Assembly (NCBI GenBank): GCA_023213395.1
Contig: CM041465.1
Span: 48,925,741 to 48,989,740 of the forward strand
Direction: 5' to 3'
Origin: Cycas panzhihuaensis
Taxonomy: Eukaryota > Plantae > Cycadophyta
Length of the DNA: 64,000 nucleotides
The notes under the pieces were generated by a model. The model saw only the letters and a program-made list of their open reading frames with translations, did no database searches and was not told the DNA's origin. A program made the position numbers and the translations under genes. Shown here in pieces: positions 39,250 to 52,700 of the stretch. The first letter of the stretch is position 1, and every line of letters starts with the position of its first letter.

Positions 39250-40250
39250 TTATAGTTGAAACATAAGTTGAAGAATAGATAAGTCTGGAAGTAGGAGTAG
39301 AAGAACAAACATGAAGAACACCTTAGATATTCACACTAATTTTTGAGAGACTAATGATGATTAAATTAGAAATGAATGGAACAACATGCAAGATAGTAAT
39401 GGAAGAAAATTAAATTTGATGATGCAGGATTTGTTTAGTATGTGCCAATAGGATTATTCCTAGTAACACTAGATTTTCTATCATGAATGATTTACTTGGT
39501 AGTACACCAACTTGATATATTAGACATTTTTACAAATGTCATTACATAGATCTTGGGTCTACCTAACTTAGGTGAAGATGTATCTAAAGATAAAAGAATC
39601 TCTTGAGAATAGACAACTAAAGAATTGGGCTCTTAGGTATCATACATATCCATGTCTGGGATATGAATTATAAGTATTGCATATGAACACAAGTATTGGG
39701 TGGCTTATTTCCTTTTTACCCAAGTCATCTTAAGCTAAAAGGATCTGTATATTCCCACGGAGATGAGGTTGATGCTTCTGAGAGTGGCACAAGGAGATAA
39801 GTTTAATTGGGTTTCATTTCTTTTAGGCAAGCTTTTAGAAAAATTAAACAATATTAAGGTTAGTACTCAATCCATGGTATTTTATCATCAGACTTTGTTC
39901 CAATGTTTATTATACTCATAATGTCTAAAACTAAATTTACCTCAAGAAGAACAAGGATAATTAGTCCTTATAAATTAAATAAATCATTTTAAAAGGCAAG
40001 GAAAGGTGTGAAGGAGTCAAGCTCAAGAAATGGTAAAGGAATGGTTTCTACAAAAAATTAGGCAAGTAATCCCAAACCATCACTATAAGAGGTGAACCAA
40101 AATGAAAGGCAGTGGGAAGAGATAACCTCACTAATAGGCAAAGGAGTATAAGAAAAATAAAAGGAGACCATTAAAGAAGCTAAAAAGAGGGAGAAAACAA
40201 AAGAAAAGAAATTAGATAGGGAAAAGAAAAGGTAGGAGATATTGGGGTAA
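39250..40250 (+). pseudogene. gypsy-2 3' extra ORF, decayed and truncated
   Basis: IT*ILGLPNLGEDVSKDKRI...WVAYFLF...DKFNWVSFL, homologous to ~18490-18790. Confidence 0.7.
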
Positions 40251-41399
40251 TAAGTGTTACAAAGCTAATAGACTATACAACACTACTAGTACAAAATGTA
40301 GGTCATAGTATGAAGGATATTATATTTTTCCACTTGCATTCTTACTAATGAATAAAAAAGACCACTTATTCACTCATTTGATTATGGGATTATAAACTAC
40401 ATGGAATAAGGCATAAACAAGAGCTTTTTAAGTATGTTTTGAGCCAAATTGATAGCATATGATCATATATAGAACCTTATTGGCCATGGGGATATATATG
40501 ACCATAAATAGGGGTTTCTCTACAATGACATTCTTTAGTGCTAGGGCCATGATAAAATTGACTTTTACCTTTTATGATGATGTTTTAAGCATGTAATTGA
40601 TATTAATGGCTACCCTCATTAAGGTGACCTATCCTTAGAGACATGTTGATTAGGTTAGGGTAAGAATTCAATGTAGATGACTTGGAATGGAAATAGATGT
40701 TGTAATATAGACTTGGATCTAATTGCCTCTACTTTAGCATATGTTATTTTGAGTACTTAATCTTTTATTCCATATGGTTAAAAATGAGTAGTTGGGTGTT
40801 ATTCAAGGCATTTGAGGCATACATAAGAAAGCTAAGTTTATTAAGGCACCTAGTGTTTTGTAGGCCCCACTAAACATCTTATATCATATAGCTTCTTTAA
40901 AGGACAATGGTCATCATTCACTTTAAAAAATATGGAAAACATTTAATGGGTTCCACCTAACTCAGATAAAAGCCTTGCAAGGTACCTTTGAGGCATCTCA
41001 TAAACACATTAAACATAGAGACATGGTAGGCAAACCAAAAGCTATCAAATGTTAATAAAGAGGCTAGGTTTTAGCATCTAATCAATGTTAGATATCTGGG
41101 ATCATGGTAAGTATCATATTTTATGATATTTTATGCTAATTGTCAACCTTGCTCATTTAAAAGAAATTCTAGCTCAACCATTCATAAGAAGAGGACAAAA
41201 TATCCTACCTAGATTTGGATAAAATAAAGGATTTTTGTCTTCTACACTAGGCAGATATTCAATGGATCTTCCCCAATGCAAAACTAAACAATTGGTAACC
41301 TTAGAGGAGGGGAGAAATAGAGTTAAATAATCATTACCAATGATTAGTAAAATTAAGGTCCCCGTTTAATATAGAATAGTTTGTAATTATATTTTAGTT

Positions 41400-44300
41400 C
41401 CAAGTTGACCGAGTAATATTTTATTATTTTATTGCCATGAAAGGAAAGAATTTGGTTGATTTATAATTAGAGGAAAGCCTCTTGAGTTGAACTATTATTA
41501 TAGAGAAGACATGGTTTTAAAAGGTAGACAAATAAAGGCACAAGGGTTATGCAATTTTATTGCTTGGTCTACTTAATGTTGAATTGAGGCTCCAACTTTC
41601 TTACCTACCTTTCCTTTGTAATTTCTATTTCTATAGGTTTTTTGGTCATTAGTGGCTAATTATTCTTTTGTTTTAGCTTAAAGCTATCCATACATCAGTT
41701 CATTTCATAAGAATAGAGCCCCATAACCAATCTAGTGCACCCTAGTTTTGTGTTTAATTCATGTTTTTAGTATAGTTAATGGCCATTATATGAACTAAAT
41801 ATAAAGCTTATTTTTCTTGATAAATGAAGACAACTGCGATTGGTCTATTTGGTCTACTATTTTTAATTGTTAAGAAATTATTCTTTTTAGTTCAGAAAAC
41901 TATTGATTGGTCTAACTAGTAAATAATTTTGTGAATTATAATGAATCCTATGTTGATGTTGTGAATAGATTTGCTTGGCTCTACTAGTATGCTTTTATGG
42001 AAACAACATGGCATAATCTTATGAAACCTAAAATGGTAGTGGCTTGAGGCATCTTTTTTTACCTTCCTCTCTCTATTTACTTATTTTTATTTTATCTTTT
42101 TGTATAGAAATAAAAATATAGAAGAAATAAGAAAAAAGGGAAAAAAACATCAAAAACAATAGTTCAAAGAAAGCTCTCTATTTTTCACCATTATTTTGTA
42201 CATATTGAATAGTAGCTTCTCATTCCTTTAGAAGCTAGTAAATGGTATATTGAGTTAAACACATATTGTTGATTCTAAGTTCTCATGTTTTAAAACAATT
42301 CAATCACATTTTGGACCACCTACAATCAAACATATATTAAGGAAGACATAAAATCCACAGTCAACATAATCAAACCCTTTTAATAAAGCTCTCTAGAAGC
42401 ACATTACATAATTGGCCTATGAATTGTGGGGTTGCTAAAATCAAAAGGACCAAAGGTGTGAAAATTCTTAATTAAGCCTACTAGATTAAGGAATGAAATA
42501 AGTGTCCAAGTCTTTTTTCCAAGCCCTAAGAAATAAGTAATGTTGAAGGACCTTATGGCACTTAAAAACTACATAGGGTAGAATCATGGCTCAAGAGGAT
42601 ATTGTAGAGGACTTTCTTATCTATTATATACCAATCTTTTAATCTTAGGTCCTCCTTGGGAAATGGAAAACACTTTGGAGGAGTTCCTTTGAGTGGTTCT
42701 TGCAAAGTTTAATACCTCTTAGAGAGAGACATGTGGAGCTTTAATTTAACTTATTAAGATTACTAAGGCTTTATTAGAAATGGCCAATCATAAGGCAACT
42801 AGAGTTTATGAATTTCCATATGAATTTTATAAAACAACTTAGGACTATGCTAGTTTAGTGTTGGTCCTTGTCTATAAAGAAAATTTCAAAGTAGGTATGT
42901 TAGACAATAAGATTGATTTAGGTAACATCAAGCTCATATCCAAAATGGAAGATCCATAATTGATTACCAATTAGGATCATATTACTCTATTGAATGTCTC
43001 TTATAAGATCTTGTTGAAAACCCTAGCTAAATGAATTAAACGTATCCTTCTAACAATTATTAATCCAAAGCATGCTGGATTCATCAAATGTTAATTCATT
43101 ATAAATAATTCTATTACTATTTAAAAAGGTATGGAGTAGACTAGATCCTCATCTCAAGACACTTTATTTATAAAAGTAATCTTTGAAAAAGCTTATAATA
43201 GAATAGAATGGTCTTCATTTTTAAAATGTTGGAAGCCATTGGTTTTGAGGAAAGATTTGGTTGAATGGTTTAAACCCTCTTTGCAAATGCATTAACTGGT
43301 ATATCCCTTAATTGAATTATCACTCAATTAATTAAGATAGAATGCTCTATTAGGCAAGGATACCTTATTGCCCCATCCTTATATGTTCTTATAATTATTG
43401 TATTAAGAATTTTTCTTTAGGATAGGATTAGTTGTAGACTTGTTAAAGAAATCTCTTTGCTAGGAGAAACATGAAGATAACCAGCCAATAGTCATTTCAT
43501 GAATGAATCTTTCCTAATGGTTTGAGCAAATCTTAAACATATGGATCAATCCCTCAAGGATTTTTCAACATTTTATTAAGACTTTTAGTCAACATTCAAT
43601 GTAGAAAAATAACTTGCTTCCCCTAAATACCAAAAGACAAGCTCAACTTGGTTAAGGACTATAAATGGTCATGGATCAAGCCTGATAAGATTTTCAAGTT
43701 CTTAAGGATTCCATTCAACTTTTTCTTTTCTTTATAAAATATATAGGAGTGTGTTATCAATAAAATAGAAGAAAAAATTATCTATTGGTTTTCCAAATAC
43801 TTCTCTCTAATTGGTAGACACTAGGCTTATTCCAAAGTGCTAGCAATTACTCATGTATATTATTCTTGTTGTTGTGTGCCTTCTAATATAGTCTATAATA
43901 AATTTATGCGACTCTTTAGATCTTTCCTTTAGTCCCTTAAAGAAGGTAAGAATGGCTTTAATTAAGTTAATTATTAGGATTGTAGTAGTAATAAATCTAA
44001 TATGGGCCTAAACCTTATTGATGTCAAGTTATAAGCACATGCCTTATGTGTCGAATGGTTGGTTGTGATCCCATAGAGTAAGGAAGCATGGAAAGTATTG
44101 GTTAGGCATAATTTAGCTCAAGCTAGGCCTTGTGGATATAATGATTTACCCTCTTAATAGATACAACTTTGATCTCTCAAACACCTCTCAAGGTCACTAG
44201 TTTCTCAATCTAAAAATCCACCTAAGGTGTATGGGAAGATTGTAAGTTGCTTGTTTTATAAAGAGATGAACTAAGAAAGGGATTACCCTTTAAGGAGTAT

Positions 44301-44883
44301 TTAGTATGGTTGTTGCCCTTAGTAATTAAGGAAGGAGTATATATGGGGTAAACTCCATGGTTTGAAGCCAAGAGACTAAATAAGAAGGACTTGTTAGCCA
44401 TTAGACATCTATTTAACTAGTATAGAGGGAATTCAAAGCCATGACCCATCATCAATGTGGAATTTGGGCTCAAAGCCTCATATAGGTTCATTATCAAAGA
44501 AATCTAGAATTGCTACCTAACTACAAAAATTACCAATCTAACCACTTTGGGGAGTCTAAATGGTACAAGGACTAGGCCTAGAATCAATCCAAGTCATTCA
44601 CTAAATTTTCAACATCATGTATATAAGTTTCTTATATAGGGTGTACATTTATGGCAAATGAATAAAATTTGGAATTTTATATGTGAAGAGAACTTTGTTA
44701 GGAAGGTTTCATAGGCTCTAATAGGGTCCAATCAACCCTAAAAAAATCTTTTTTTTCTTATTCAATTTTACATGTTCTCTTGGTTACTTTTGTATGATGG
44801 ACTTACCATTAAATCTAAACTAGCCACATTGATCCCCTTAGATGTGACATATGTCACTACAAATAACTTGAAGCCCTCTTTAC
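41400..44883 (+). mobile_element. L1-clade LINE ORF2 remnant (RT and zf-RVT clear; endonuclease very degenerate; 40250-41400 may be ORF1)
   Basis: EMANHKATRVYEFPYEFYK, ITN*DHITLLNVSYKILLKTLA, AGFIK, FEKAYNRIEW, SIRQGYLIAPSLYVL, FKFLRIPF and CDIC...LLHLF. The left boundary is approximate. Confidence 0.85.
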
Positions 44884-45229
44884 TAATGGACTTAGAAGAG
44901 CAGAGTGGGATGTTAAACTGAGAACATCTTGAGTAAAATAAGTGATTTCCAAAGTTGGCAGTGTTAGAAAACACCAGGGAAGTATTCCCACCCCTTAAAT
45001 AGAGTTTTGGAGAGGCGGTAAGTGCCATCACCCAACCTGCACATTAGCTGATAAATAATTCAAACAATATTAAAAAAATAACAATAATAACTAATGATCA
45101 TACCTTAATAAAGTTGCATTGGCTCTAGGTGGCTATTGGGAGGTTCTAGGTGCCATAGGGGGGCTCAAAGATGCCTTTGAGGGGCCCTAGGTATACGATT
45201 CTTTAGTAACATTGGGGTTAGTCCCAATA
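44884..45229 (-). repeat. 3' LTR of copia-3
   Basis: Colinear with 59886-60230. Confidence 0.95.
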
Positions 45230-45241
45230 TTCTACCCCATA

Positions 45242-48200
45242 AGCCTAATGTGGACGACTCCCAAATTTTCTGTGAACTTCTTGAATTTGATCTTTCCCAA
45301 AGCCTTTGTAAAAATATCTGTTGTCTAATCTTTGGTGCTGCAATAAGCTAACTCGATCTCGTCTGCTTGTACAAGTTCTTGAATGAAGTGGTGATAAGTC
45401 TTAATATATTTTATTTTTCTATGGAATATCAGATTTTTGGCCATTTGGATAGTGCTTTGATTATTACACCAAATTCTAATGGGACCTTGTTGTTTATTCT
45501 AAAAATCCTGTAAAAGTCTTCTTAGCCATATTAATTCACAAGCTCTTGCAACTGCTACTTTATATTCTGCCTCACCTATGGATAAGGAGATGGTATTTTG
45601 CTTCTTTGTACTCTAAGATACTGTTGTTGATCCCATACTAAATACATAGCCTGTTGTAGACTTTCTATCATCAACATCACTTGCCCAATCTAAATCTGTA
45701 TAACCAATCAACTAAAATTTGGATGTGGCTTTGTAATATAACCCAAAGCTTGGAGTCCCTTTAAGGTATCTAGGGATTCTTTTAGTAGCTTGCCAATGAG
45801 AGGTCTTTAGATCCTACATGAATCTAGATGTAACACTGACTGAGTGTGTTATATCTAGTCAAGTAGATGTCAAATATATTAGGTTGCCAATGAGATGTCT
45901 ATAGAGAGTGGGATCAATCGAAGTCAAATCATCTATCTTAGATAGTTTGATTCCAGTTTCTGCTGGGATTGCCAATGGTTTGCAATCTATCATTCTAAAC
46001 CTTTGAAGTAGATCCAATATATATTTGCATTGAGAGATAAAGATTCCCTATTTATCTTGCCAAACTTCCAATCTTAGGAAGTAATGCATGAGGCCTAAGT
46101 CTATCATCTTGAATTCCTTATACATGGCATCTTTAAATTGATGTAAAAGATGGGAGTTGTTTCCAGTATAGATTAGGTCATCTACATAAAGACCTATAAT
46201 CAAGATTAAACTTCCCTTGGTTTGAGTGTATAAGTTTAGATCTGCTTGAGATCTCTCAAACCCTTGATCTCTAAAATACTTATCTATATGGGAATACTAA
46301 GCCGTGGGTGCTTGTTTTAGACCATATAGTGCCTTTTTTAATTTGTACACTTTGTTCTTTTCCCCCCTAACTTCAAAACTGATGGGTTGAGTGACATAGA
46401 TGTCTTCTTTAATATATCCATTTAGGAAAGCACTTTTCACATCTATTTGATAAACTTTCAAACCCATTTAGGTGGATAAACTTATCATCATTCGAACAGA
46501 TTCCATCCTAGTGACATGGGTAAATGTTTCTATATAGTCTATGCCTTCTCTTTAAGCATATCCTTTTGCAACCAATCTAGCTTTATATTTGTCATGGGAG
46601 CCATCTGAGTGGAACTTGGTCTTATAGACCCATTTTATACTAATAGCTTTTATTTTTTGTGGTAAGTCAATGAGTTCCCATGTATCATTCTTAATAATGG
46701 ACTTTTATTCTTATTCCATGGCTTTCTACCAACATTCATGTTGATTAGCCTCAGCAAAAGTTTGAGGCTCATAAGTTTTGAGTACCTTGCTCATTAGGGC
46801 AAAGTTGACCCTATATAAGTGTGTGGATCTTCTATTATTATCCAATATATCTCCCAAGTCATGGTTGTAATGAACCAATTTGGGTAGCTGTTGTGGTGGA
46901 GGTTGAGATGAAGTTCCCTCCCTAGTTGGTTCCTTGATACTTCTCCAAATAGGAGGCACATATTTGGACTTACATGATATGTCAAATTTAATGGCAATCT
47001 CCTTCTTCTTTTCCTGAATATCTTGGTAGTAGGTGTCTTCCTGAAACTTGACATCTCTACTCACCATAACTTTTCTTGATTTTGGATCATAGACCTTGTA
47101 GGATTTAGAAGATTCACTATAGCTAATAAAGATACATTCTTTCCATTTCAATGATAGTTTGATTCTTTCTTTCCACTACAACATTTGTTGTGGGGTGTAG
47201 GAGGTGGTGAATTGTGTCCTGATCCTATGGTGGATACAATAGTCCTTAAAAGCATTAGATGTAAACTCTCCTCCATTATCTGATCTTAGAGATAGGATGT
47301 GATATCCACTTTATTGCTCTACAAAGGTTTCAAAGTCAACAAAGTGATTAAAATCATCTAATTTATATCTTAGAAAGAAAACCCATGTCTTCCTTATGAA
47401 GTCATCAATGAATGTGAGAAAACGTTTTGCACATGCTAAGGAGGGAGTAGTCATTGGTTCACAGATATCTATGTATACCATTGAAGAGGGACATATGCTT
47501 GATGGGTAAAATCTAAAAAGCTTTTTCTATGGTGTTTACCAAGAAGGCATCCCTCACACAACTTTTTATTAACATCAATATCTGGTAAACCAATAACCAT
47601 ATCCAACCTTTTCATAAGAGCCAAGTAGTTGTAGTTAAAATGACCAAACTGTCTACGCCACAAATCACTATCCATGGTAGTTAAAGTTCTAAGGGCATAG
47701 GTATCTGAAGGAGTGGGGATGAGCTTAAATAAATAATCCTTAGTCATTTTACCTTTGGAAATAATAGCTTTATTTTTCTTCTTATTTTTGATAACACATT
47801 CGCCATTGTTAAAAATCACCTTGTAATCTTCTCCTATCATCTATCTTATTGATAACAAGTTCTTTCTTAGGGTAGGGACATATAGGACATCATCTAAGTG
47901 TCTATATTTGTTAATGTTAGTCATCAAAGCTATGTTACCTTTCCTAACTGATTCGTGGGAGGTATTGTCTCTAAACATGATTGACCTTTTTTAATTTTTA
48001 TCTAAGGTCTGAAATAAATATTCTTTATGGGTCATGTAGGTTAAGCAACTTGAATTGATGTACTAGCTATCATCCTCTTCTTCCTTAACAGAAAAATAGG
48101 ATAAAAATAACATGTTATTAACCTTTGATCCAGATGAATGTTGAGCATGTCCTCTAGATGGTAGTCTATGTTTTGAGAAGCATTTATCTTCAGTGTGATC

Positions 48201-49235
48201 ACTTCTATGGAAATAAGTATAATACAATGGATCTCTTCTTCTATAACTTAGGCGTCAACTTCTTAGATAAGAACGATCAATATTGAAAGATCTCCCCCTT
48301 TCCTCATAAGATTAAGGAGGGTTGTCTCTTGGTCTATTGTCACAATATGCCTAATTTAACCTTGAAGATTGAGAATTCCCTTAGCAATTTAGATAACAAG
48401 GAGGATTCTCAAATTGTCTTCTTTGATTAGTATTTCTTGGAGGGTCTTCATATTATTAGCGTCCTCCTTACATCCTTTAGTGAGGGGATTGATATCATGG
48501 AGGGTCTTCTCTAGTATCCCTTCGAGGATTTCCACCTTTTCTCCTTAGAGGAGATTCCTTTTGCCTTGAGGTCTCTGCTTGGGAGTTAGATTGAATACAA
48601 GCCTTTGTAGCAAAGGCATGTTCTAGAGATTTATTTGTACTTTACTACTCTTTTATAAACATAAGCATGGCACTAAGTTGTTCTACTTTGAGAGTACTTA
48701 GATCCTTTGATATACTAATACTAGTAGCCACTATTTCAAAATGTCTTATAACTCCTACACATCGAAGGATCCTTTCGACTACCTTTTGTTCAGTTAGGGT
48801 ATCTCCAAGTGACCTCATTTGGTTTATAATATCTTGGACTTTGGTTATAAATTCTATTACTAATTCAGTGGGCATCATACATAAGTTTTTAAACTTGCTC
48901 CTCAAGTTTTATAATTTAGAGGAGGTTGCTCCTTCATATATTAGTTGTAAGGTATCCCAAACTTCTTCAGACTTAATTGATTTACTAACTCTTAGGAACA
49001 CATGATCTTCTAGTGCACAGAAGATAAGGGCTAAGGCTTCATTGTCTTTTTTAACATTCTTCTTGTAGGTAACATTTTCTGCATTAGATGGATTTATTCC
49101 TAGTTCATTGTAGCCTATCTTCATAATTTCCCATATGTTGTTAGCTATGAGGATGGGTCTCATCCTCCTACTCTAATTTAGGAAATTATTTCCATAAAAT
49201 TTAAGGATAATCATGTTCCCAAAGCTAGACGTTAT
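45242..49235 (-). pseudogene. copia-3 gag-pol pseudogene with an internal integrase deletion
   Basis: MRPILIANNIWE...KDNEALALI...EVWDTLQLIYEG (Gag). LWRRQFGH...CEGCLLGKHHR and LRSDNGGEF (INT). KNDTWELIDLP and GLYVDDLI (RT). [20 protein letters not shown] and TDIFTKAL (RH). Confidence 0.94.
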
Positions 49236-51779
49236 CTTGAACTAAAGTTGTATTGATCAAATGTAACAAATGAGATTTCAAAAGTTGAATGTGAATATCA
49301 AAAAAAGATTTAAATTTAAATTTAAAAAAAAATGTTTTAAGTGTAAAATTTGCTTCCAAGTATAACCTAAGGTTTTTCCCAAAGTTTTGAATAAATGAAC
49401 TAGTACTTATTAAGGCTACTAGGCTCTAAGTTTAAGTTTCTCCTAGGGTAACCTTTGGTTATTATCCTGTCTAGTGGCATCTATACATAGATGGCAAAGC
49501 AGGGATCCAATATACCAGTACGTAAGTGCTATGCTCTATATACCTTAGTACGCAGGCTGCTAAGAAGGTTTTTACACCCCCTTGAGTTATTGGTCCACCT
49601 ACACTAGAATTATACCTAGCGAGAGATCTAGTGGTGAAGGTTCTCGAATAAAGGTACTCACCCTCTCCAAGTGTAGCCTTAGTCTCCAAACACCATAAAA
49701 GAAATAGGTTCTACACCTCATCTTACCACCGAATACATCTGATAGCTAATGGTTATCCTCATCCAATATGAGTAGGCCGATTAACGTGTGTGGGATAATA
49801 ACTTCAGGGGTCCTAATCATTCCCCTTGCAAGGCTAGAAAAAAGGGTGATTCAATTCAAGATTATCTTTTTTAATATGATAAATAAATAAATTATTTATG
49901 TGGTCTTGCTTAGGATTTTGAAAGATTCCTTTTATGCAAATAAGAAAATAACTTAAATGAAAAAAAAAAAAAAAACCTCTAAGAAAGATGAAATAAATAA
50001 TGAACGCTTAAAAGAAATGTGTAAGTAGTCACTTTTTCAAAAGAAGAATGCAATGCCCTTAAAAACTGAAAGATGCCTTTAGAAAGTAAAGTGTACTACC
50101 AACTAGATGTAATTTTTATAAGTGTAAGAAATAAATGGACTTTTCAATACTAATAAAAAAATGCTTTCAATAAGTGTATGCCTTTAGGATAAATTGACAA
50201 ACGTATAAGGTATAATTTCATAGATACTTTAAAATATAATGATTATATGAGCAAATTTGTAAAGTAACTAAGATCCTTTTAACTATGTAAATCTGAAATA
50301 AGACATTTTGATAATAAAAAATAAAAAATTCTTAAGCTTTTGATTTTTCAAATGAATAAATACAAACTTGAGCATGAAATCCTTTTAATGTAAGAAATCC
50401 TTTTGTCTTGATGAAGATATATAGTGTAGAAAATCTGAAATATATAAGGAAAAAAAAAAAAAAAAACTAATTGTAACTATTTTAGGTTGCAGGACCACTT
50501 AGCTTGTCACTTACTTTATATGCATGTGATTAATTTCTGCTACAAATCAGTTTAAAATAAGCTATATGAAAGTCAAATGAAAGCCTCAAACATGTATTAT
50601 GAGTGATCAGTAAGAAATAAAATAAAGAACTCCTTAAAAAAGGTTAAGAGGACAAGCCTATTAGGATATCTTAAATTCTTAAGTTGATCAGCTTCAAAGC
50701 TATACTAAGCAATGCCAAATTAAGGTGAGATTATATCAATTTAAAGATCGATAAAATATCTATTCAACATAACTGACTGTTTTGAGAATGGGTTCCTACA
50801 AGTCACGATTTTAATGTACAAAAGATGCAGTCCACTTTTTGAGGCTTAACGGGAGCCTAGGCTCAAAAGATTATGAAAAACTAGTAAAAGCTTTATAAAA
50901 CAATGTAACCTAATCAAATATAGTTTAAAGAGCCACTTAATATGCTTTTTAGTTAATAAACTTGAGAAATAGTGTATAAAAATATGCAATAATGATAATT
51001 TAGAAGTTGTTATGTTCCTCAACTTTGATGTCTTTAAAAATCTACAAGAACACTTTAAAATTTATAAATAACTATGTCAATTTGAAGAGGAATGAGTTAG
51101 GTTCCCAAAGAAACTAACAAATCTAAATTTTGATGTGAAACAGAAAAGTTATGTTGGAGTTAATCATCATTACTCCACTCCCACCTTCCAACCAGGATTA
51201 CACACCTCATCAATCTCATTTTACACATGTGGGTGCTCAACATGTGTAGGTAAGTTAAGGTAAGATTTAATTTGATTTAAGTTAATTTGAGTTAAGTTGG
51301 CATTATTTTATTGTTAATTTAAATTTCAAAGGTTGAGGAGTTTCCCTCCTCCCCCAAAATTATAAATATTGAGGGGGTGCAATCCTAGTGTCTTAGACAC
51401 CACCCTCATTTAGGAAATTTGTAATGCTCACTTCTCACAATATGGATTAAATACAATACTTTCATAGTTTATACTACATTGCAACATTGATATATTGAAG
51501 ATTTATATTGATATATTGATCTATTAAAGTTTATTCTATGTTCTGCCCTATTCTCCTTGAATATTTTTTCCTACATTTGGTATTAGAGTAGACGATTGCT
51601 GATCTATAAAGTTTTTTGTAAAGAAGAAAAGAGATCTACTAACATTTGAGGTAGATTTACTCACAAGCAAAATATTGGTTATATTCATTTTCTGTAAGTT
51701 TTTTAGCAAGTTTCATATATATTTTCATCAAGATTTGCTTATTATTAAGTTATTTTTATGATATAATAAGTATATTTTA

Positions 51780-52700
51780 GATTTATTCATAGATTTGTGC
51801 AAATTTATGAAGGATTTCAATAGCAAGCCACATTTATCCAAGTTTTTTCTCAGATTTGAGCTATATTTCTTTAGATCTATATTTCTTTATCATATATTTC
51901 ACCATTTTTTGGCAGATTCTTGTATATATTTCTAGATCTACGAAGGAGATCAACAGATTTCAGCTACAAGCTATATTTTTTTTAAAATTTGTAAAGGATT
52001 TTCAGTTGCATGCAAGATTTATACAAGTTTTCTTCATGTTTATGATATATTTTCTCAGATCTATATTTTTTTATCAAATATTTGGCATTTTTCAAGCAGA
52101 TTTCTATCTATTTATCCTATATTTTTGCATATTTACGTAGGATTGTAGCTGCATACAATATTTACTCAAGTTTTTTCTCAGATTTGAGCTATATTTCTTC
52201 AAACATCTGGCTTATATTTTTTAGATCTATTATACTTACGTCAGATCTGCAATATTTAGCTTAAGATCTGCTTATTTTATTAAGTTTTTTAGTATTTTTT
52301 GCTACATTTAGTTTAGATCTGTTTATTTCAATAATCATTTCAATATTTTCTGGTATATTTGTTGTAGATCTGCAACATTTAATTTAGATCTACTATATTT
52401 CATTTTAGATTTATATTTTTTAATATATATTTGACCATATTTGTAAGTTCTTGTTATAGATCTACAATTTTTTTAGGCATATCTAGTCTTCTGAAGAAGT
52501 ATATATAGTAGATCTCTTTTTCGATGATCATTTTCTGCTACAAATCAGCCACAACTACGTTTCCAGGTTCTTCATACTTATTCTTTTCATATTCAAACAC
52601 ATATTTTTGATATATCTGCAACATATTTGAAAGTTTTTTCAAATACAAATTTATAGACATTCTTTTTGATATATTTTTTATCAATATACTTAGATCTGCT
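51780..52700 (+). repeat. Degenerate T-rich repeats with many AGATCT/AGATTT motifs
   Basis: CAAGTTTTTTCTCAGATTTGAGCTATATTTCTT-like block at ~51839 and ~52167, with AGATCT recurring throughout. Confidence 0.7.

Larger units (their letters stand above)
24241..40250 (+). mobile_element. Ty3/gypsy 'gypsy-2', a paralog of gypsy-1, with two nested insertions; 3' end not seen
   Basis: LTR-like 24241-24695, gag ~24735-26530, pol 29878-34158 plus 37635-38166, tandem array and extra ORF, all colinear with gypsy-1. Confidence 0.88.

Noticed and set aside
40281-40300. CACTA terminal repeat (CACTACTAGTACAAAA)
   Set aside because: No matching inverted end, subterminal repeats or transposase seen in the window.
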